From: Gammaproteobacteria bacterium
Lineage (GTDB): Bacteria; Pseudomonadota; Gammaproteobacteria; Ga0077536
Assembly (NCBI GenBank): GCA_965278995.1
Contig: OZ257136.1
Coordinates: 2,940,553-3,004,552, forward strand
Reading direction: 5' to 3'
Length of the DNA: 64,000 nucleotides
Position numbers and translations under genes: made by a program
Notes under the pieces: generated by a model
Told to the model about the DNA's origin: nothing
Database searches by the model: none
Seen by the model: the letters and a program-made list of their open reading frames with translations, nothing else
In this document: positions 58,176-64,000 of the stretch, piece by piece
Layout: every line of letters begins with the position of its first letter
Position numbering within the stretch: the stretch's first letter is position 1

Positions 58176-58458
58176 CTTTGAGTGCGACATCCCGCAGGCT
58201 GGCGAGCTCGCGCCCGACGATATCTTTCTGGCGGGCAAGATGTCGCAGCTCGCGCTGCAGGCGCAGATGGCTGGCTGTCATGGCCAGAATGCCCAGTGCG
58301 GCACCGATAATCAGAGCCGCTAACATAGCGACCGAGAGTTCAGTTTTGAGCGCGCCGAAGAAATAATCGAGTGCCACCGGTTGCTTGTTGCGAACGTGAA
58401 ACGCGAGTCCGAGCACGGCGACCACGAGCGCAAAACTAAGGTACAGAACTCGCGTCAT
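58165..58458 (-). CDS. lapA: lipopolysaccharide assembly protein LapA (DUF1049)
   Basis: Two TM helices with a coiled C-terminus (MTRVLYLSFALVVAVLGLAF...). Overlaps lapB as in E. coli yciS-yciM. Confidence 0.7.
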   Translation of the reverse strand: MTRVLYLSFALVVAVLGLAFHVRNKQPVALDYFFGALKTELSVAMLAALIIGAALGILAMTASHLRLQRELRHLARQKDIVGRELASLRDVALKDAR

Positions 58459-58563
58459 GACTGACACTCCCGCCGCCGGGTGCACCCGGGGTCGTCCTCG
58501 ACGTCACCGGCGTGCCGGCCACGCCGACCTGAGCAATGGGCTCGCGTGTAGCCCGGTGGCAGT

Positions 58564-58953
58564 TTACGAGCCGACGCGGTAACCCGCCCGGTCATTGTCG
58601 CTGTCGCTCTCGTTATCGCCATCGTTGTCGCCGTCATTATCGCGCGCGAGTTTGATTTCAGGCGCCGTGATGGCGCCGTCGTTAACCCGCTCGCGCAGCT
58701 CCTTACCCGGCTTGAAATGGGGGACATATTTGGCCGGCAATGACACCGGGTCCCCCGATTTCGGGTTCCGCCCGACCCGTGGCGGGCGATAGTGCAACGA
58801 GAAGCTGCCGAAGCCGCGGATCTCGATTCTCTCACCGGTAGCCAAGGTCTGACCCATGTGCTCCAGCATGGTCTTAACCGCCAATTCGACGTCGCGATAG
58901 CCGAGTTGCGCCTGCTTTTTCACCAGCAGTTCGATCAGTTCAGACTTGGTCAT
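58564..58953 (-). CDS. ihfB: integration host factor beta subunit with acidic low-complexity C-terminal extension
   Basis: [14 protein letters not shown]...[22 protein letters not shown]...[13 protein letters not shown] is followed by about 33 extra residues ([17 protein letters not shown]). Confidence 0.9.
   Translation of the reverse strand: MTKSELIELLVKKQAQLGYRDVELAVKTMLEHMGQTLATGERIEIRGFGSFSLHYRPPRVGRNPKSGDPVSLPAKYVPHFKPGKELRERVNDGAITAPEIKLARDNDGDNDGDNESDSDNDRAGYRVGS
58591..58641. repeat. tandem 12-nt coding repeats (GAYAAYGAYGGY units) encoding the (DN/DG)n tail of IhfB
   Basis: Plus-strand sequence is GTCATTGTCGCTGTCGCTCTCGTTATCGCCATCGTTGTCGCCGTCATTATC. Confidence 0.5.
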
Positions 58954-59008
58954 TATTGTTCTCGACTTGCAAGAGACTCAGATCAAGAATCGATGCGGCC
59001 AGGCCCGA

Positions 59009-60679
59009 CTATCTCTGATCGAGCTGCTCTTTGAGCAGATCGCCGAGTGTCGTCCGTCCCGTTTCGTTCTCAGCGCTGTATTCCTGCAGCGCCGCCTGCT
59101 CTTCCGCACTGTCCTTGGCCTTGATTGACAGGTTGACCACGCGACGCTTGCGATCGACGCCGACGATCAGCGCTTCGATCGATTCGCCTTCACGCAACAG
59201 CTTGCGCGCGTCGTCGACCAGATCGATGGACAATTCAGAAGCCCGTATCGAGGCCTCGACACCATCGGCGAGTTCGATGGTCGCGCCTTTGGCATCGACG
59301 GTGACAATCTTGCCGGTGACCAGCGCACCTTTGCCATACTGCGCCAGATAGGACGAGAACGGATCCTGCGCCAACTGCTTGACGCCGAGCGAGATGCGCT
59401 CTCTTTCGGCATCGACGGCCAGCACCACGGTTTCGAGCTCGTCGCCTTTCTTGTAGTTGCGAACGACTTCTTCGCCCGGCACATCCCACGACAGATCCGA
59501 CAGGTGAACGAGACCGTCGATACCACCGTCGAGACCGATGAAGATGCCGAAATCGGTGATCGACTTGATCTTGCCGACGACGCGATCGTTCTTGTTGTGT
59601 GTCGCAGCGAACTCTTCCCACGGATTCGAGCGGCACTGTTTCATGCCGAGCGAAATACGGCGGCGCTCTTCGTCGATATCGAGCACCATGACTTCGACTT
59701 CTTCGCCGAGGTGCACGACTTTCGATGGATGCACGTTCTTGTTTGTCCAGTCCATTTCGGAGACGTGGACGAGGCCTTCAACGCCTTCCTCGATTTCAAC
59801 GAAGCAGCCGTAGTCAGCAATGTTGGAGACTTTGCCGAAGAGACGTGAATGCTCGGGGTATCGGCGCGCGATATCGACCCACGGATCGTCGCCAAGCTGC
59901 TTCAGGCCCAGTGACACGCGCTGACGATCGCGATCGAACTTGAGCACCTTGACTTCGATTTCGTCGCCGATGTTGACGACTTCGGATGGATGCTTGACGC
60001 GGCGCCAGGCCATGTCGGTGATATGCAGCAGACCATCGATGCCGCCGAGATCGATGAACGCGCCGTAATCGGTGAGGTTCTTGACCAGACCCTTGATCGT
60101 AACGCCTTCGTTCAGTCCGTCGAGCAGCGCTTCGCGCTCGGCCGAATTCTCGCTCTCGACCACTGCACGGCGCGAGACAACGACGTTGTTGCGGCGGCGG
60201 TCGACTTTGATGACCTTGAATTCAAGCGGCTTGCCTTCGAGATAGCTGGTGTCGCGGACCGGGCGCACGTCGACCAGCGAACCGGGCAGGAATGCGCGTA
60301 TGGAGCTGATGTCGACGGTGAAACCACCTTTGACCTTGTCGCTGATGATACCGACCACGGTGGCGGCGTCTTCGCAGGCTTTCTCGAGTTCTTCCCAGGC
60401 TTTGGCGCGCTTGGCCTTCTCGCGTGAGAGACGGGTTTCGCCATAGCCATCTTCGACCGCGTCGAGGGCAACGTCGATCTCGTCGCCAACATTGACATCG
60501 ATCTCACCAGCCGCATTGCGAAACTGGTCGAGCGGGATGACGCCTTCGGATTTCAGGCCTGCGTTGACGACGACAAAATCGGAGCGGACTTCGACGACCC
60601 GCCCTTTGACGATAGTGCCCGGGCGCATCTTCGCCTCGACCTGACTCTGTTCGAATAATTCTGCGAAACTCTCCGTCAT
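59009..60679 (-). CDS. rpsA: 30S ribosomal protein S1
   Basis: 556 aa with six S1 repeats ([13 protein letters not shown]...). Confidence 0.95.
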   Translation of the reverse strand: MTESFAELFEQSQVEAKMRPGTIVKGRVVEVRSDFVVVNAGLKSEGVIPLDQFRNAAGEIDVNVGDEIDVALDAVEDGYGETRLSREKAKRAKAWEELEKACEDAATVVGIISDKVKGGFTVDISSIRAFLPGSLVDVRPVRDTSYLEGKPLEFKVIKVDRRRNNVVVSRRAVVESENSAEREALLDGLNEGVTIKGLVKNLTDYGAFIDLGGIDGLLHITDMAWRRVKHPSEVVNIGDEIEVKVLKFDRDRQRVSLGLKQLGDDPWVDIARRYPEHSRLFGKVSNIADYGCFVEIEEGVEGLVHVSEMDWTNKNVHPSKVVHLGEEVEVMVLDIDEERRRISLGMKQCRSNPWEEFAATHNKNDRVVGKIKSITDFGIFIGLDGGIDGLVHLSDLSWDVPGEEVVRNYKKGDELETVVLAVDAERERISLGVKQLAQDPFSSYLAQYGKGALVTGKIVTVDAKGATIELADGVEASIRASELSIDLVDDARKLLREGESIEALIVGVDRKRRVVNLSIKAKDSAEEQAALQEYSAENETGRTTLGDLLKEQLDQR

Positions 60680-60808
60680 AGTGGTTGTACAAAGGATATC
60701 CGTACTGCCGCGGTCGCCGCTGGCTGCCGCACTGCGCAGACGTCCTCTTCTCCTGAAGTTTTACGATGTTGATCGAATAGCTCGAGCTGGCACGAGGTCA
60801 ATCGCGCG

Positions 60809-61492
60809 TCAGATCAGGCCGCGTTCGCGCACCAGACGCTGTATATCGCCTTCGACGCTGCGTATGTCGCTGTGCGTCGTATCGACGATGATGGCATCGG
60901 GTGCGGGCTTGAGAGGTGCCACCGCGCGTTCCTGATCGCGCCGGTCGCGTTCGACTATGTCCCCCAAAAGCCGGGGGAGGTTAACACTCATTCCTTTTTC
61001 TATCAACTGGTTATGGCGCCTGCGGGCGCGCTCTTCGGCGCTCGCTGTGAGATAGATTTTGAGCTCGGCGGTGGGGAAAACCACAGTCCCCATGTCGCGC
61101 CCGTCGGCGACCAGTCCGGGTGGGGTCTGGAACGCACGCTGGCGTTCGAGCAGAGCGTCGCGAACCAGCGGCCAGGCAGCGACGCGCGAGGCGGCCGCGC
61201 CGCACTCCTCGCTGCGAATGGCGTCGGTGACGCTCGCGCCGGCCAGCAATACCTGCGTTTCGCCCGCCTGTTCGACAAATTCCACCGCTAATCCCCGCGC
61301 GATCGCGGCCAGCGTCCGTTCATCGTCGAGCGCGATGCCAGCGGTCTGCGCGCTGAGACCGACCAGGCGGTAGAGTGCGCCTGAATCGAGCAGGTGCCAG
61401 CCGAGCCAGCTCTTCAGGTGGCGGGCAACCGTGCCTTTGCCGGTACCGCTGGGTCCGTCGATGGTGATGACGGGGGGCAGACTTCTGCCCAT
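60809..61492 (-). CDS. cmk: cytidylate kinase
   Basis: Start at Met90 of ORF 60809..61759 (…VITIDGPSGTGKGTVAR…). 2-nt gap to aroA. Confidence 0.9.
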   Translation of the reverse strand: MGRSLPPVITIDGPSGTGKGTVARHLKSWLGWHLLDSGALYRLVGLSAQTAGIALDDERTLAAIARGLAVEFVEQAGETQVLLAGASVTDAIRSEECGAAASRVAAWPLVRDALLERQRAFQTPPGLVADGRDMGTVVFPTAELKIYLTASAEERARRRHNQLIEKGMSVNLPRLLGDIVERDRRDQERAVAPLKPAPDAIIVDTTHSDIRSVEGDIQRLVRERGLI

Positions 61493-61493
61493 T

Positions 61494-62798
61494 TCAGCTT
61501 GCGATTCGCAAACCGGCAGCGGCGGCGAGCGCCGCGAACCCGGGGAAAGACGTCGCAATCGCTTCGGCGCCTGCAATCGCGACTGGCGCATTCGCGCGCA
61601 GCCCGGCCATGGCGAAGGCCATCGCGATGCGGTGGTCGCCATGCGCCTCGACCCGGCCGCCAGCCAACTGCCCGCCGTCGATGGCGATACCGTCGTCATA
61701 GGTCTCGACGGTGATGCCGAGCGTTGTGAGCCCGTCGGCCATGACCGCGATACGGTCACTCTCTTTATGCCGCAGTTCTGCCGCGCCGTGCAGCACGGTG
61801 CGGCCGGTCGCGCAGGCAGCGGCGATGAAGATGGCTGGAAACTCGTCGATGGCGAGCGGCACGGCAGTGAGCGGAATCGTGATGCCGCGCAATGCGCTGC
61901 CGCGTACGCGCAGGTCGGCGACCGGCTCGCCGCCGAGTTCGCGCGTCCGCAGGACCGCGATATCCGCGCCCATCGCTCGCATGATGTCGAGTACGCCAGT
62001 GCGCGTCGGGTTGACGCCGACCGCAGTCAGTTCGATGTCGCTGCCCTGGGCAATAGCCGCACCGACGATGAAGAACGCGGCCGAAGAGATATCCGCCGGC
62101 ACCGGAATATCGGTTGCGCGCAGGCGCTGGCCGCCGGCGATCGCGATGCCCTGCGCTCCGGTTTCGACGGTCACACCGAAAGCGCGCAACATCCGCTCGC
62201 TGTGGTCGCGGGTCGGTGCCGGTTCGCGCACGCGGGTCACGCCGTCGGCAAACAAGCCAGCCAGCAGCACGGCGGATTTGACCTGCGCGCTCGCCACCGG
62301 CAGATCGTAGTCGATCGCCCGCAGGCGTGCGCCCGGCACGATGCGCAGCGGTGGTGTGCCACCCGCTGCCGTCACGACCTGAGCCCCCATCCGATTCAGC
62401 GGATCGGCAACGCGCCGCATCGGCCGCCCGCACAGTGAGGCATCGCCAGTCAAGGTCGCGTCGATGCCGGCCCCGGCCAGAATCCCGGTCAGGAGTCGCA
62501 TCGATGTGCCCGAATTACCGCAATCAATCATTGCCGCTGGCGCTTCGAGGCCATCGATACCGACGCCTTCGATGACCAGGCCGCCGGCGTTGTCCTGCAC
62601 GATATCGACGCCCATCGCGCGAAACGCGGCGATGGTCGCCAGTACGTCTTCGCCGTGCAGACAGTCGTACACGCGCGTACGGCCGTCGGCCAACGCGCCA
62701 AACATGACAGCGCGATGCGAAATAGATTTGTCACCGGGCACCTGCACATTTCCGGTCAGCATGCCGCCGGGTTGCACTATCAGGTCAGAATCGTTCAT
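61494..62798 (-). CDS. aroA: 3-phosphoshikimate 1-carboxyvinyltransferase (EPSP synthase)
   Basis: Start at Met27 of ORF 61494..62876. LTGNVQVPGDKSISHRAVMFGALA signature. Confidence 0.9.
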   Translation of the reverse strand: MNDSDLIVQPGGMLTGNVQVPGDKSISHRAVMFGALADGRTRVYDCLHGEDVLATIAAFRAMGVDIVQDNAGGLVIEGVGIDGLEAPAAMIDCGNSGTSMRLLTGILAGAGIDATLTGDASLCGRPMRRVADPLNRMGAQVVTAAGGTPPLRIVPGARLRAIDYDLPVASAQVKSAVLLAGLFADGVTRVREPAPTRDHSERMLRAFGVTVETGAQGIAIAGGQRLRATDIPVPADISSAAFFIVGAAIAQGSDIELTAVGVNPTRTGVLDIMRAMGADIAVLRTRELGGEPVADLRVRGSALRGITIPLTAVPLAIDEFPAIFIAAACATGRTVLHGAAELRHKESDRIAVMADGLTTLGITVETYDDGIAIDGGQLAGGRVEAHGDHRIAMAFAMAGLRANAPVAIAGAEAIATSFPGFAALAAAAGLRIAS

Positions 62799-63663
62799 TG
62801 GACTCCGGCACCGCGCAACGGTCGCGGGCTTCTTTGGCTCGGCGGAAGCTTGCTTCGAGATAATCGCCATCGCCACGATCGAGTGCGTCGAGCAATAGTT
62901 CGAGTCGAGTCATATAGCGGGCGCAGACTTCGCGCAGCGACGTTGAGTTGGCCAGCGCGATGTCGCGCCACATATCGGGATTGCTGGAGGCAATGCGCGT
63001 GAAATCGCGAAAGCCGCCGGCAGCGAATTCAAAGATGCTGTCGGCATCGGCGCCGGTGGCAAGCGTCTCGACGAGATTGAACGCGAGCAGATGCGGCAGA
63101 TGCGACGTCGCCGCGAGCACCTTGTCGTGGCGCTCGACCGACATCTCGACAACCCGTGCGCCAGCGTGTTCCCACATCGCACGCACCGTGGCCAGCGCCG
63201 TTGGCGCTGTTTCCGCTACTGGCGTCAGGATCACCTTATGTTGCACGAACAGTTCGGCAAACGACGCCGCGGCACCGCTGTGCTCTGTACCGGCTATCGG
63301 GTGCCCCGGCACGAAACGACTGAAATGCGCACCGAGAGCCGCACTCGCAGCGGTGACAACGCTCGCCTTGGTGCTGCCGACATCGGTGACGATGGTGTGC
63401 GGACCCAGCGCTGGCGCTACCGCCTCGAGTATCGCCGGGGTTGCACCGAGCGTTGCACCGATCACGACCAGGTCGGCGCCGGCAACGCCCGCAACCGCGT
63501 CCGTCGTATAACGATCGATGATGCCCAGGGCCACCGCCTGCTCGAGATTCGCCACACCGCGCCCCACACCGATAATCTCACCGACCACGCCAGCTTTGCG
63601 TAACGCGCGGGCCAGCGAACCGCCGATCAGGCCGACACCAATAACTGCCAGCCGGGCAATCAT
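62785..63663 (-). CDS. tyrA: prephenate dehydrogenase
   Basis: NAD-binding LAVIGVGLIGGSLARAL with a TyrA-type catalytic domain. 14-nt overlap with aroA. Confidence 0.8.
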   Translation of the reverse strand: MIARLAVIGVGLIGGSLARALRKAGVVGEIIGVGRGVANLEQAVALGIIDRYTTDAVAGVAGADLVVIGATLGATPAILEAVAPALGPHTIVTDVGSTKASVVTAASAALGAHFSRFVPGHPIAGTEHSGAAASFAELFVQHKVILTPVAETAPTALATVRAMWEHAGARVVEMSVERHDKVLAATSHLPHLLAFNLVETLATGADADSIFEFAAGGFRDFTRIASSNPDMWRDIALANSTSLREVCARYMTRLELLLDALDRGDGDYLEASFRRAKEARDRCAVPESNERF

Positions 63664-63797
63664 GGGGAGTTCACCGGCCGACCGTCACACATTCCGAACG
63701 CACGCATCATGGCGACAGTGTATTCCGCAGAAACTCGGGGACGTGATTGTCAGCGTAACGATGGCGCCTGAGAAGCACTCTAAATCTATCGTGCAAT

Positions 63798-64000
63798 TCA
63801 AAGCACCGCCCGCGGGTAACTGCCGATCACTTTGAAAAACGCCGCCCGCGATTCGATCGCGGACAGCGCGGTGGCGACGGCCGAATCCTCGGCATGGCCG
63901 CGGATATCGACGAAGAAGCGATACTCCCACAGGCTGTCGCGGGTCGGGCGAGATTCGATGCGGGTCATGCTCAAGCCGCGTTCGGCGAGAACACCGAGCA
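63798..64000 (-). CDS. pheA: prephenate dehydratase/chorismate mutase, C-terminal ACT-domain part (5' end beyond window)
   Basis: Minus-strand frame open to the window edge. Translation ...LGVLAERGLSMTRIESRPTRDSLWEYRFFVDIRGHAEDSAVATALSAIESRAAFFKVIGSYPRAVL* carries the ESRP motif of the PheA ACT domain. Stop codon is at 63798-63800. Confidence 0.55.
   Translation of the reverse strand, partial: LGVLAERGLSMTRIESRPTRDSLWEYRFFVDIRGHAEDSAVATALSAIESRAAFFKVIGSYPRAVL

Overview
The window appears to be a high-GC (by eye about 63-65%) gammaproteobacterial chromosome segment. Almost every gap between long ORFs is accounted for by a recognisable gene; no rRNA, tRNA, CRISPR array, transposase or integrase was seen. 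Coordinates were derived from the six-frame ORF track; the GC remarks are by-eye estimates.

1-34 kb is accessory-like. It carries a Tad/Flp pilus remnant (partial TadG-like gene, an Flp pilin, a DUF192 protein), then cupin, PaaI thioesterase, NhaP2 antiporter, a phosphotransferase, a VOC enzyme, and a DUF488/orphan DctP-type TRAP binding protein/cytochrome P450 trio. These are followed by OmpA and M48 lipoproteins, RecQ, an SDR, a HIT protein, a small zinc-ribbon ORF and RapA. Next comes a TonB-dependent receptor/PepSY/DUF3325 siderophore operon, then a CoA-transferase/lipoprotein/LLM block, RuMP genes hxlA-hxlB, and a hydrolase-LLM pair.

The most interesting segment is 28.4-34.3 kb, a convergent cyclic-nucleotide signalling module. 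One operon (plus strand) encodes a Ser/Thr kinase fused to a cNMP-binding domain, followed by a CHASE2-sensor class III adenylate/guanylate cyclase. The facing operon (minus strand) encodes an alpha/beta-hydrolase fused to a class III cyclase, followed by a secreted DUF928 protein. A VapBC toxin-antitoxin pair sits at the edge, and the kinase/CHASE2/DUF928/VapBC genes look markedly lower in GC than their surroundings.

35-64 kb is mostly conserved core. It holds detox genes (AhpD-like, GST, a PNPOx-like flavoprotein), an HpcH aldolase and an orphan SoxYZ-like carrier. The thiL-nusB-ribH-ribBA-ribE-ribD-nrdR-glyA cluster follows. After that: class I cyaA, a DUF815 ATPase, hpt, MTAP, a CsiV-like protein, mfd, pyrF, lapB-lapA, ihfB (with an unusual acidic repeat tail), rpsA, cmk, aroA, tyrA and a partial pheA.

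Other points worth a second look are a heavily structured 440-bp convergent intergenic region (2200-2640) with one large inverted repeat and four tandem hairpins, and the tandem 12-nt repeats encoding the IHF-beta tail.
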